A stretch of DNA of 64,000 bases from Eledone cirrhosa (GCA_964016885.1 OZ024745.1:3038001-3102000); one strand, 5' to 3'. Shown: positions 21,927-35,400, counted from the stretch's first letter. Notes: generated from the sequence alone by a model not told the origin. Numbers and translations: made by a program.

Positions 21927-23769
21927 TTAAAAGTTAAGTGTATGAACTTTAATATAAACTATGATGATGATGGCTGCAATTGGATTTCGAGTAATTCCAT
22001 CGCTTGATACTTAAGTATGAGCATGACGGACAATACCAGGCATCGCAGACAATGTTACATATCAAGCGATGACTGTGCTTGAAGCTTTTTTAAGTGAGGA
22101 AAGACTTTGCACAGAGCCAATCCCACTCTCTGAACATCGAATACATCCAAAGAGTAGAACTGGTCTACATCATTGGATCCAAACGATGTCGCAGGTTTTA
22201 TAAGAGAGTGACCTTCTAGAGGGATGTCTTAATGAAGACTAGGAATCTCTCGCTGCACACAAAAAAATACATACATATACACTTGCACACACACACACAC
22301 ACACTTCCAGTTTCTTTTTACCAATTTTACTCAAAGGAGTCACACGGTGAAATTGAACCCGATCCTCATGATAAGTGTGACAATCAATGTGTGCGTGCTC
22401 GCGTATGTGTGTGTGCTGGAACGAAGATAATATAATTAGCATTTCGTATTTTCGCTCTATCTAGCCGTCTCCTCACTCAGCCTACTTGTATCTATATTAC
22501 CTTCCCAACACTCCACACACATACGTATGTATGTGTTTATATATGTAAATACACACAGAGACACACACATACAGACATACACAGTTAATGTCTTTACGTG
22601 ATTATACATAAAACATTCATATATAAATGTGTGTGTGGAGAGTATAGAATTCAGGAATACGAAGATAAATAGTTAGATTGATATAGATATATAGATGTAT
22701 AGGTAATTGGAGAGAGAGTGAAGTAGATACTACTTCTTAACGTCTCTCTTCTCCCTTCCAACCTCATCTTTCTCTCTTTCTTCCCTTCCAACCTCATCTC
22801 TCTCTCTCTCTCTTCCCCTCTCTCTCAATTATACCCTCAATTCGCCGGCTGGTCATGTGATCAGCCAGAGCCCAATCACTAGTCAGGTTGTTTATCTGTA
22901 AACAATTTGTTTGTTTGCACCGTGATAAAATATATGTAAGCCCCAGAGTATGAAATGGACAAGGATGGGCAGCCATATTTAAAAGCATTTTTGTAGCCAA
23001 GTGATTCCTATCATAATTAATAACCCTTGAGCTGTTCTTATAAATACATCTTATTTTAAATTTGGATCCTGTTTATAGTGTCAGATGCATGTGATAATTA
23101 ACATTAAAAGAATGTTATATTTTTTCCTATATTATATATATTTTTGTTTATCGTATATTTGTATATTTTAGTTACATTAAAAAAATATATTATATTTCTA
23201 TATACCCTGTATAATATTTCAATATTTGTAGGTTTGAGATTAACAAGAGGGGAAATTAAAGTATGATGTGTAATAGTTATTGTAGCTGTGACAGTCCCGT
23301 GATGTGATTTACATTTTACGAGTATAAGTTACGTAAATATATAAGTACAGATCACTCCAAATACAAACTACATTTTTATTTTATTTTTCTAATAATTTAT
23401 AACTACAAAATACGTGATTGTAAGTGGAATGTTAATATAAGAGAACTATGTATAATCGTACTTCCTGTTTCGATGTTAACATCTTTTCAGTGCCTATCTT
23501 TTAAAGTTATATAAATGCAACGGTATATATACATATAAATATATTATATCTCTCTGTATAAAAAATATAGATTAACTGTAATTAAAACATATCTGACTCT
23601 GGTGTTCTTTCCTTTTGCTTTACTACCAACGAAAAGGAAATGGTTGAAATTCGAAATCTGTTCGGTGTTACTATAACTGGTTAGATATAACTCTTTTTAT
23701 TCCTATTGTTTGAGTTTCTTTTGACATATTAGATGGTTCCTATCTCGATAGTGTTTATTTTAAATGTAC

Positions 23770-24345
23770 ATGGAAAGTTTAGAGGAAAGAAGACGGCGAT
23801 TGGCGAGAAAAAGAAGCCCGGAAAATAGAACGACTTAACTCGGATATTTCAAATGTACGACAGGTAATTGCAAGTGGAAGAGACGAAAAGGTTGTCAGCT
23901 GCTGAGAAATTGCTCGAATTCGAACTACAGAAAGAAGATGAAGATTGTCTCGACGTGAATTAGAAAGGAGACAAACGACATGGAACAGAAGAAGAAAGAG
24001 AAGCTAGGCTGGAGAAAGAAAGACGAATGATAAATAAAAGAAGAGAAAATGAAACGCTAGAAGAAAGGAAGACGAATAACCCAAAGATTGCAGAATGAAA
24101 GTTCAGAGGAAGGAGAAGGTTAATTGCTAGAAATAGAAATAAGGGGATTGCCGAAGAAAGTGAAAGAAATCGTACTAACATAAATGTAGATATTCAAAAT
24201 ACTAGAAATACAAGGATTGAAAATAACAAAACTTTTGTGCATCATTCTTATATGAAATCTTGTGCCAAACATTTTCTATCATTGTCCCTGAAATGGTAAA
24301 TTCAGCAACTGTTGTCACAAAGGTAAAACGAATATTGCCTGCATA
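23770..24345 (+). pseudogene. Decayed N-terminal fragment of a Helitron RepHel ORF
   Basis: Charged repeats MESLEERRRRLAR, TEEEREARLEKERR and RRENETLEERK, followed by CAKHF....GKFSNCCHKGK..LP (24261-24340). The latter matches the 'C..C.A.HF....CC..GK..LP' zinc motif found before Helitron Rep domains. Many stops and frameshifts. Confidence 0.65.
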
Positions 24346-25099
24346 ATTTATTCCATACTCAAAAATAGCCCGTCATTTTTTTGTTAAACTGGTATTATGT
24401 ATGTGTACAGAAATATAGATATGTATAATATACACGATAAATATATATATATGTGGAATTAGACATGAGGTAGTTGGTTAAAGTTATGTGCTCCCGTCTC
24501 ATATGTGAAGCTGACTTCTACTTCCGTCTATAACCAGCATTATCTCCCTTGGAAAGTAGATTCAATTCTTCCACTTAACCAAAATTTCAACCAATTCTAC
24601 CCCGATTTTTTTCACTCTGCCGTCATTCGTCTGTCTATTGTGTATGTATGTATATATATATAACGCAAACATATATATATGTTTGCGTTAATGTGTGATG
24701 TGGTAAACCTCTCTTATTATATTTATTCACATACATATATAAACACACATGATATATAATATAAACGCACACACACATATATAACGTACACACACAACAT
24801 ATACATATATAAACAAACACATATATGTATGTGTGTTGTATATATGTGCGTGTGTACGTTTATATATATATATATATACAGAGAGAAAGACTTGTATGTA
24901 GATGCACTTAAGTGTATGCGCTGGTGTAGATGTTACATAAGGTGTTGCCTTGTACTGTAGTATCTCTTCAGGCTCTTTGCGTTCTCGTTTCAAATTCTCC
25001 ACTTTACCAGAGTCCCAACAACAGTTAGTGTGTAGCGCTGACATCGAGTCTCGGTAAGAATACAAAAAACAAAACATTTAAATTTATTTTTAAAAAAAC

Positions 25100-25486
25100 A
25101 CCCCCACCGATTTCATTGGGAAATTATTTTTCCGTTTTGTTTTTTCGTATGCTGCCAGTTAAACTTCCTCCTAATATGGTACAAAGGACACTTCCCTCGG
25201 AAATGAGAGGGGGGAGAAGGATAAGCCCTCGGACTTTTCACTCACCGCCCACAACAACCACAACTGAAGTTTTCTTTACCTCCAACCCGAAATACAACTC
25301 TAACCCAAACGCGAACCTTAACGCTAATCTTGGGGTAGGGGAATGGAAAAGAGTGTCCCTTCTCCTCCCCGCTTCGTTTTCCAGGTAAAAAAAAAGTCCT
25401 TTGCACCAAATAGGGAGCTAAGTTTAATTGACAGCACGCACACAAAAATAAAAATAAAAATTATTCCCCTCTGAAATCGATGGGAA
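25100..25486. mobile_element. Decayed MITE/fold-back element with long imperfect terminal inverted repeats
   Basis: CGATTTCATTGGGAAATTATTTT..TGCTGCCAGTTAAACTT..TGGTACAAAGGAC (25108-25189) mirrors GTCCTTTGCACCA..AAGTTTAATTGACAGCA..AAAATTATTCCCCTCTGAAATCG (25396-25480). The centre has CCTAAC-like hexamers. Confidence 0.6.
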
Positions 25487-25730
25487 TGTCTTAATACCAA
25501 AACAGGGTGCCTAACAAACCAGCGAACCTATGGCACACTGACGAAATTACGAACAAGTCTGGATCAACTTTAACAAACTAATGCTTTTTGAGTGAAATTT
25601 AGCAGACGGAAATTGTATAAGCTTACCATTATATATATATATATATATATATACTTAAGGTAAATATTGATGCAATTCAATTCAAGCACTCAACGTACTT
25701 ATTCCACATAGGAGTGACGGAGTATATATC

Positions 25731-25827
25731 GAATAAGGAAAAGCGAAGTAGTTTCAGATGTTAAAGTCCTTTAATAATTATTATTAAAGGACTTTAACAT
25801 CTGAAACTACTTCGCTTTTCCTTATTC
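25731..25827. repeat. Essentially perfect palindrome (~47-bp arms) in a (TA)n-flanked cassette
   Basis: GAATAAGGAAAAGCGAAGTAGTTTCAGATGTTAAAGTCCTTTAATAAT followed immediately by its reverse complement. Confidence 0.93.
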
Positions 25828-26397
25828 TATATATATAAGATGACGAAGAAGCGCAGTGAGTGGAGAGATGCTGTGCGGAAAAGGGCCCGTCCAACCCATT
25901 CAAGTGTGGAAGAGCCGACTTAAAAACGATGATATATATGTTTACAACCAAAGTCGGTGGATTATTTGATCAACCAACTTTACTCACTTGAATAATATAT
26001 ATATATATATATATGTGTGTATCCCAGCACACCCAATAAGAAGGTTTTCCAAATACAAGCCCAAACCGTTTGGCATCAAGGTTGGGGTTTTACCTTCCTC
26101 TATACCCACTCGGTTTCTTCCCAGGCATAAAGTACTATTCTAATTTGTGGTCTCCCCAGTCCTGGCATCGCTATAGATATATATATGAAAAATTTGGGAC
26201 CCCCACAGCATGTTACCCACTCTACTACCACAAGTATCGAGTACTCTGGTGAGTTATGGTCTATCTGATCTTTACAGCCTCCATTCTGATATATATATAA
26301 TATGTAGAATCCCAATGTAAATCAGAAGGCAACCACTGTTAAAACAGGTACTCAATGCATTAGTAGAGTATAGGTGTATTCATTTTATTATAGAAAT

Positions 26398-26449
26398 GAC
26401 TCCTACAGGACTAAAACTGTTTTATCCCTAAGAAATCATCAGTAAAGTC
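26398..26449 (-). ncRNA. Decayed hammerhead-like motif (GAAA changed to AAAA)
   Basis: Minus strand gacuuua-CUGAUGA-uuucuuagggau-AAAA-cag..cuG-UA-ggaguc. Diverged mirror of 26454-26503. Confidence 0.45.
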
Positions 26450-26453
26450 TAGG

Positions 26454-26503
26454 ACTTTCCTGATGATTTCTTATGCATGAAACAGATCTACTTCTGTAGA
26501 AGT
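26454..26503 (+). ncRNA. Type I hammerhead-like motif
   Basis: acuuuc-CUGAUGA-uuucuuaugcau-GAAA-caga(ucuacu)ucuG-UA-gaagu. Complete core, good helix III, weak helix II. Confidence 0.55.
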
Positions 26504-27079
26504 AATTTCTATAATGAAAATTTGACTTACATGAAATCTCTCACAGTCATGTACTAGCCTACAGATATGCTTTCATCACTCTTTGCTTGTTTCCACCATT
26601 GCCGCCACAGTATCTAAACCTCAGAAGTTGCGGGTCACTTGCCACACCTAATCCAGCACCCTTCACTACAGTTATTGAATTGAAACAGTTTAAATGGAAT
26701 GTTAATGGCATCAGCTTCACCAGTCTTGAACACCTGGCTATGGATACAGCCTCCTCTCCAGACCTTATCAATAAAATAAATTCCTTTTTTGGAATGCTTT
26801 ACTTTTCAATAAAACAATTCCACTTTTTATGCTTTCAGAATGGGTGTCTTTGTTATTTACTCAGTCTGCTAGAAATAACACCTAAATCTCCTTCAGATGG
26901 ACTATCATCTTAGAAAAATATTATATATGTTGAATAATGTGGTCTGGGGTTCCGTACATATATGAAAAAGATGTGGTTATCAGAGCTGCAGTTCCTTTGA
27001 TCGTAGTCCTGTTTGATTAGAGCTCACCTAGGGCTAAGCAACAAAGGTTTCTGATTTAGGCAGAAGGCTGACAATTTGG

Positions 27080-27240
27080 TGGGAGAAGAAAGTCAATTAA
27101 ATCGCCCCCTGTGCGTTACCGGTACTTTATTTTATAAACCCTTTAAGGACGAAAGACAAAGCTAACCTTAGTGGTGTTTGAACTGAGAATGTAAAGGGCC
27201 ATAGCTCTGTGCCACAAATCATGTTGTCCAATGCTCTACT
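27080..27240 (-). mobile_element. Decayed tRNA-derived SINE-like remnant
   Basis: Minus strand has a B-box-like CAGTTCAAACACC followed by GCTTTGTCTTTCGTCCTT..GGGT..ATAAAATAAAGTACC. Resembles mollusc SINE heads and cores from memory. Confidence 0.55.
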
Positions 27241-27549
27241 ATTACTGCTAAACAACAATGGCATCCTATATGTGATTGCTCATAGCAGCCAACTGTAACC
27301 CAACAAATGGTGTATTTGTAAGCAGCTACCACCAAACATTCTTAATATTTTTTCTATAGATGGATGCCTTTCTTCAACATGATCCAACAGTGCTGCCTAC
27401 ACAATGTCTACCACTTCTTTCATCAACAACCTCACAGGGGATACAAAGTGTATTCTAACATGACTCAAAAACTAGAGAAGTTATCTAATCCACTGCAGGC
27501 TGAAAGGAGTCTCTAATCTCTTGACACATTTACTTTTAGTGTTGTGCTC

Positions 27550-28310
27550 TTACTGATGGCCAGGTCTTTCCTAACATGACCCACCAGTTATTATGATCCT
27601 GTGTCATATCCTTTGACAGGTTCAGTTTCTTGAGGCAAACTGTTCACCACTTCGTCCCATGTCTTCTTTGATCTCTCTCAACTACAACTTCCATTTTCTT
27701 CAAGAATTATGCATCACATGTCCACACCAATACAATAGTCCTTCTTACATATTACATCTAATTCTTTTAATACTTAGCTTTTCTCTGTTTGTTTGGGCTC
27801 TGTTGTTCATACACACTAACATTATACATCTAGTGGAGCATGTATGCTTCATTTCTTTCATAAATCTTAGACATTCACAGCCTGTCTCACTACCATGCTG
27901 AGAGAAGCACTTTGTTGTCAGCAGAGGTAACAGTTCCCCAAACTTCTTCCACCCTCTTCTCACTATGGCTACAACAATTTCAGTATATCCACCTCCACTG
28001 TTAATGAAGTCACCAAGATATCACAATAATTTCAGTACCACCACCTCCACTGTTAACCCTTTATTATGTGAGGTAAAGCCTTTACCGTGAAAATATAATA
28101 GTAAATATAGAGTAATGTAAATGCTAAAGAGTTAATGAAGTCATCAAGTTTACACAATAATTTCAGTATATCTACCTCCACTGTTAATGAAATAGCCAAG
28201 ATATCAAAGGCTATCTACTACTTCTAAGTGAAATGTTTGATCATATGAGGTAATATATTTGACGAGAAGCATTTGACATATTATTGACTACTCCTGTACA
28301 CCTGTCATAT
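27550..28310 (-). mobile_element. Decayed RTE-clade LINE fragment (second family)
   Basis: LGDFINSGGGYTEIVVA..RRGWKKFGELLPLLTTK...HGSET...REKLSIKRIRCNM*EGLLYWCGHVM....RPKKTWDEVV-like translation across frameshifts. A ~50-bp segment is locally triplicated (27973-28200). Confidence 0.8.
28057..28131. mobile_element. 75-bp piggyBac-type MITE remnant with TTAA target-site duplication
   Basis: TTAA|CCCTTTA...TAAAGAG|TTAA. Neighbouring copies of the host segment read CCACTGTTAATGAA with a single TTAA, which is the empty site. Confidence 0.75.
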
Positions 28311-28439
28311 GATGTGTGTCTCCTCTGTCAGAGTATCCCTCATCCTCTACATCTCTGATATGGCATCATTTATTTGTTGTTTCCTCTCATGAAAATGTGA
28401 AAGAAGAAATATCAGATTTACGGCACTAAAAAAACAACT

Positions 28440-28660
28440 CATAATTTTGACATTAAAAATGCATTTGACAGACTGCTAGAATACAAAAATAAATTATAGA
28501 GACTGCTTGATACTTTCCTAGCCTGGTTTGATGGCTTGCAGTAGCTGAAGTCATGTGCCTTTCTTATAAATCCATTCATGGTTGATGTCATAAATAATGG
28601 CACATCAATTCTTAGATCTGTCATTACATAATCATTTTTTATGGAAATAGAATATATATA
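28440..28660 (+). pseudogene. Decayed hAT (Buster/SPIN-like, GTF2IRD2-like) transposase fragment
   Basis: EYKNKL*RLLDTFLAWFDGLQ*LKSC-AFLINPFMVDVINNG resembles the 'L...F..RF.D......F..NPF' segment of hAT transposases; recognition from memory. Confidence 0.45.
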
Positions 28661-28679
28661 GAGAGAGAGCTGTTACTTC

Positions 28680-28960
28680 TCCGAATTGGGAGATCATAGT
28701 TCTGATACTATGGGCATGTGGTTAGAATGTCACAGGAAAGAATCATTGCACAAATTTTACAGGCAAAACTAACCGGCAGGAGACCCAGAGGTAGACCCTG
28801 AACAAGATGGTTGGATAACATCCATGAGCTTGGTTGGTCTTGCTTGGGGATCCAGCTGGATCAGTTCGAGACGGTTCCTTCTGACAGGACCTGCTTGAGG
28901 GAGTGTTTGAGGACTCTGCCCCCATGACCCTCTCACGAACAAGTGGGCAAAGAAGAAGAT
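28680..28960 (+). mobile_element. RTE LINE 3' end, same family as 15508-15790
   Basis: YGHVVRMSQERIIAQILQAKLTGRRPRGRP*TRWLDNIHE. Nucleotide similarity to the reverse complement of 15520-15790; GAAGAAGA tail. Confidence 0.85.
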
Positions 28961-29482
28961 ATATATATATAATCAGTTCTATATGAGAAAGATATGGTCA
29001 TCTGATCTGGCTTGTCATGCAATGGGACAACTTGTCCAACCCATTCTATCATAGAAAATTGGGCACTAAATGATGATATATATTCATTTTAATGGAACCA
29101 CAGAAGGTCCTGCTCTACAAATCATGTCTAAAATTGAGTTCTACTACAAACATGTTCCAAAAATAAAATATCTGGAACTAAAGAAAAACTAATGTATGAC
29201 TCATCTTTCAGTGCAACATATTGCTGTGAATCACTTTATAATCTACAATGAAATTAGTGAAGTCAAAACATTATACAAGTATTACAAATAAACACCTGAC
29301 TTAGCTAATTTACACAACCTTGATTAACATAGGAACCAGATTTAATAATTTAATAATTTTACAATTGTCTGTCATCAAAATAAGATAAAACTGATTTTGT
29401 AAGGTTCTATCAATAAGATTATTAGTTCGTTTTTTTTGTATATGTATTTTCTTCCATGTTTTGATCAGATATTTGCTAAAAC

Positions 29483-32400
29483 AAATAATACCATATATAT
29501 CTAGTTTAGAATAGGTACACTGTATCACTGTATGTCATAATACCATGTATATCTAGTTTAGAATAGGTACACTGTATCCCTGTCTCATAATACCATATAT
29601 ACCTAGTTTGGAATAGGTACACTGTATCCCTGTATGTTGTAATACCATGTATATCTAGTTTAGAATAGGTACACTGTATCCCTGTCTCATAATACCATAT
29701 ATACCTAGTTTGGAATAGGTACACTGTATCCCTGTATGTCATAACACCATGTATACCTAGTTTAGAATAGGTACACTGTATCCCTGTATGTCATAATACC
29801 ATATATATCTAGTTTAGAATAGGTACACTGTATCCCTGTATGTTGTAATACCATGTATATCTAGTTTAGAATAGGTACACTGTATCCCTGTATGTTGTAA
29901 TACCATGTATATCTAGTTTAGAATAGGTACACTGTATCACTGTATGTCATAATACCATGTATATCTAGTTTAGAATAGGTACAATGTATCCCTGTATGTT
30001 GTAATACCATATATATCTAGTTTAGAATAGGTACACTGTATCCCTGTATGTTGTAATACCATGTATATCTAGTTTAGAATAGGTACACTGTATCCCTGTA
30101 TGCTGTAATACCATGTATATCTAGTTTAGAATAGGTACACTGTATCCCTGTATGTTGTAATACCATGTATATTTAGTTTAGAAAGGTACACTGTATCCCT
30201 GTATGTTGTAATACAATGTATATCTAGTTTAGAATAGGTACACTGTATTCCTCTCTCATAATACCATATATATCTAGTTTAGAATAGGTACACTGTCTCC
30301 CTGTGTGTTGTAAGACCATATATACCTAGTTTAGAATAGGTACACTGTATCCCTGTATGTTGTAATACCATGTATATCTAGTTTAGAATAGGTACACTGT
30401 ATCCCTGTATGTTGTAATACAATGTATATCTAATTTAGAATAGGTACACTGTATCCCTGTATGTTGTAATACCATGTATATCTAGTTTAGAATAGGTACA
30501 CTGTATCGCTGTATGTTGTAATACCATGTATATCTAGTTTAGAATAGGTACACTGTATCCCTGTATGTTGTAATACCATGTATATCTAGTTTAGAAGACG
30601 TACACTGTATCCCTGTATGTCATAAGACCATGTATACCTAGTTTAGAATAGGTACACTGTATCCCTGTATGTTGTAATACCATGTATATCTAGTTTAGAA
30701 TAGGTACACTGTATCCCTGTATGTTGTAATACCATGTATATCTAGTTTAGAATAGGAACAATGTATCCCTGTATGTTGTAATACCATGTATATCTAGTTT
30801 AGAATAGGTACACTGTATCGCTGTATGTTGTAATACCATGTATATCTAGTTTAGAATAGGTACACTGTATCCCTGTATGTTGTAATACCATGTATATCTA
30901 GTTTAGAAGAGGTACACTGTATCCCTGTATGTCATAAGACCATGTATACCTAGTTTAGAATAGGTACACTGTATCCCTGTATGTTGTAATACCATGTATA
31001 TCTAGTTTAGAATAGGTACACTGTATCCCTGTATGTTGTAATACCATGTATATCTAGTTTAGAATAGGTACACTGTATCCCTGTATGTTGTAAGACCATG
31101 TATATCTAGTTTAAAATAGGTACACTGTATCCCTGTATGTTGTAATACCTTGTATATCTAGTTTAGAATAGGTACACTGTATCGCTGTATGTTGTAATAC
31201 CATATATACCTAGGTTAGAATAGGTACACTGTATCCCTGTATGTCATAATACCATGTATATCTAGTTTAGAATAGGTACACTGTATCCCTGTATGTTGTA
31301 ATACCATATATACCTAGTTTAGGATAGGTACACTGTATCCCTGTATGTCATAATACCATATATATCTAGTTTAGAATAGGTACACTGTATCCCTGTATGT
31401 TGTAATACCATATATACCTAGTTTAGAATAGGTACACTGTATCCCTGTATGCTGTAATACCATGTATATCTAGTTTAGAATAGGTACACTGTATCCCTGT
31501 ATGTTGTAATACCATGTATATTTAGTTTAGAAAGGTACACTGTATCCCGGTATGTTGTAATACAACGTATATCTAGTTTAGAATAGGTACACTGTATTCC
31601 TCTCTCATAATACCATATATATCTAGTTTAGAATAGGTACACTGTCTCCCTGTGTGTTGTAAGACCATTTATACCTAGTTTAGAATAGGTACACTGTATC
31701 CCTGTATGTTGTAATACCATGTATATCTAGTTTAGAATAGGTACACTGTATCCCTGTATGTTGTAATACAATGTATATCTAATTTAGAATAGGTACACTG
31801 TATGCCTGTATGTTGTAATACCATGTATATCTAGTTTAGAATAGGTACACTGTATCCCTGTATGTTGTAATACCATGTATATCTAGTTTAGAAGACGTAC
31901 ACTGTATCCCTGTATGTCATAAGACCATGTATACCTAGTTTAGAATAGGTACACTGTATCCCTGTATGTTGTAATACCATGTATATCTAGTTTAGAATAG
32001 GTACACTGTATCCCTGTATGTTGTAATACCATGTATATCTAGTTTAGAATAGGTACAATGTATCCCTGTATGTTGTAATACCATGTATATCTAGTTTAGA
32101 ATAGGTACACTGTATCGCTGTATCGCTGTATGTTGTAATACCATGTATATCTAGTTTAGAATAGGTACACTGTATCCCTGTATGTTGTAATACCATGTAT
32201 ATCTAGTTTAGAAGAGGTACACTGTATCCCTGTATGTCATAAGACCATGTATACCTAGTTTAGAATAGGTACACTGTATCCCTGTATGTTGTAATACCAT
32301 GTATATCTAGTTTAGAATAGGTACACTGTATCCCTGTATGTTGTAATACCATGTATATCTAGTTTAGAATAGGTACACTGTATCCCTGTATGTTGTAAGA

Positions 32401-35400
32401 CCATGTATATCTAGTTTAAAATAGGTACACTGTATCCCTGTATGTTGTAATACCTTGTATATCTAGTTTAGAATAGGTACACTGTATCGCTGTATGTTGT
32501 AATACCATATATACCTAGGTTAGAATAGGTACACTGTATCCCTGTATGTCATAATACCATGTATATCTAGTTTAGAATAGGTACACTGTATCCCTGTATG
32601 TTGTAATACCATATATACCTAGTTTAGGATAGGTACACTGTATCCCTGTATGTCATAATACCATATATATCTAGTTTAGAATAGGTACACTGTATCCCTG
32701 TATGTTGTAAGACCATGTATATCTAGTTTAAAATAGGTACACTGTATCCATGTCTCATAATACCATATATACCTAGTTTATAATAGGTACACCGTATCCC
32801 TGTATGTTGTAATACCATGTATACCTAGTTTAGAATAGGTACACTGTATGTTGTAATAACATGTATATCTAGTTTAGAATAGGTACACTGTATCCCTGTA
32901 TGTCATAATACCATATATATCTAGTTTAGAATAGGTACAGTGTATCCCTGTATGTTGTAATACCATATATATCTAGTTTAGAATAGGTACACTGTATCCC
33001 TGTATGTTGTAATACCATATATACCTAGTTTAGGATAGGTACACTGTATCCCTGTATGTCATAATACCATATATATCTAGTTTAGAATAGGTACACTGTA
33101 TCCCTGTATGTTGTAATACCATATATACCTAGTTTAGAATAGGTACACTGTATCCCTGTATGTTGTAATACCATATATATCTAGTTTAGAATAGGTACAC
33201 TGTATCCCTGTACGTTGTAATATCATGTATACCTAGTTTAGAATAGGGACACTGTATCCCTGTATGTTGTAATACCATGTATATCTAGTTTAGAATAGGT
33301 ACACTGTATCCCTGTATGTTGTAATACCATGTATATCTAGTTTAGAATAGGTACACTGTATCCCTGTATGTTGTAATACCATGTATATCTAGTTTAGAAT
33401 AGGTACACTGTATCTCTGTATGTTGAAATACCATGTATATCTAGTTTAGAATAGGTACACTGTATCCATGTCTCATAATACCATATATACCTAGTTTGGA
33501 ATAGGTACACTGTATCCCTGTATGTTGTAATACCATATATACCTAGTTTAGAATAGGGACACTGTATCCCTGTATGTTGTAATACCATGTATACCTAGTT
33601 TAGAATAGGTACACTGTATCCCTGTATGTCATAATACCATATATATCTAGATTAGAATAGGTACACTGTATCCCTGTATGTTGTAAGACCATGTATATCT
33701 AGGTTAAAATAGGTATACTGTATCCCTGTATGTTGTAATACCATGTATATCTAGTTTAGAATAGGTACACTGTATCCCTGTATGTTGTAATACCATGTAT
33801 ATCTAGTTTAGAATAGGTACACTGTATCACTGTATGTCATAATACAATGTATATCTAGTTTAGAATAGGTACAATGTATCCCTGTATGTTGTAATACCAT
33901 ATATATCTAGTTTAGAATAGGTACACTGTATCCCTGTATGTTGTAATACCATGTATATCTAGTTTAGAATAGGTACACTGTATCCCTGTATGCTGTAATA
34001 CCATGTATATCTAGTTTAGAATAGGTACACTGTATCCCTGTATGTTGTAATACCATGTATATTTAGTTTAGAATAGGTACACTGTATCCCTGTATGTTGT
34101 AATACCATGTATATCTAGTTTAGAATAGGTACACTGTATTCCTCTCTCATAATACCATATATATCTAGTTTAGAATAGGTACACTGTATCCCTGTGTGTT
34201 GTAAGACCATATATACCTAGTTTAGAATAGGTACACTGTATCCCTGTATGTTGTAATACCATGTATATCTAGTTTAGAATAGGTACACTGTATCCCTGTA
34301 TGTTGTAATACAATGTATATCTAATTTAGAATAGGTACACTGTATCCCTGTATGATGTAAGACCATGTATATCTAGTTTAAAATAGGTACACTGTATCCA
34401 TGTCTCATAATACCATATATACCTAGTTTATAATGGGTACACCATATCCCTGTATGTTGTAATACCATGTATACCTAGTTTAGAATAGGTACACTGTATC
34501 CCTGTATGTTGTAATAACATGTATATCTAGTTTAGAATAGGTACACTGTATCCCTGTATGTCATAATACCATATATATCTAGTTTAGAATAGGTACACTG
34601 TATCCCTGTATGTTGTAATACCATATATATCTAGTTTAGAATAGGTACACTGTATCCCTGTATGTTGTAATACCATATATACCTAGTTTAGGATAGGTAC
34701 ACTGTATCCCTGTATGTCATAATACCATATATATCTAGTTTAGAATAGGTACACTGTATCCCTGTATGTTCTAATACCATGTATATCTAGTTTAGAATAG
34801 GTACACTGTATCTCTGTATGTTGAAATACCATGTATATCTAGTTTAGAATAGGTACACTGTATCCATGTCTCATAATACCATATATACCTAGTTTGGAAT
34901 AGGTACACTGTATCCCTGTATGTTCTAATACCTTATATACCTAGTTTAGAATAGGTACACTGTATCCCTGTATGTTGTAATACCATGTATACCTAGTTTA
35001 GAATAGGTACACTGTCTCCCTGTATGTCATAATACCATATATATCTAGTTTAGAATAGGTACACTGTATCCCTGTATGTTGTAAGACCATGTATATCTAG
35101 TTTCAAATAGGTATACTGTATCCCTGTATGTTGTAATACCATATATATCTAGTTTAGAATAGGTACACTGTATCCCTGTATGTTGTAATACCATGTATAT
35201 CTAGTTTAGAATAGGTACACTGTATCCCTGTATGCTGTAATACCATGTATATCTAGTTTAGAATAGGTACACTGTATCCCTGTATGTTGTAATACCATGT
35301 ATATTTAGTTTAGAATAGGTACACTGTATCCCTGTATGTTGTAATACCATGTATATCTAGTTTAGAATAGGTACACTGTATTCCTCTCTCATAATACCAT

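Noticed and set aside
25290-25335. Telomeric repeat remnant (CTAACC-like hexamers)
   Set aside because: Few, highly degenerate units in the centre of a MITE-like element; not a telomere array.
25530-25565. CTGACGA..GAAC..GTC motif
   Set aside because: No supporting helices.
26700-26763. VWRGGCI resemblance to 6-phosphogluconate dehydrogenase (WRGGCII)
   Set aside because: Similarity ends after six residues and the frame stops soon after.
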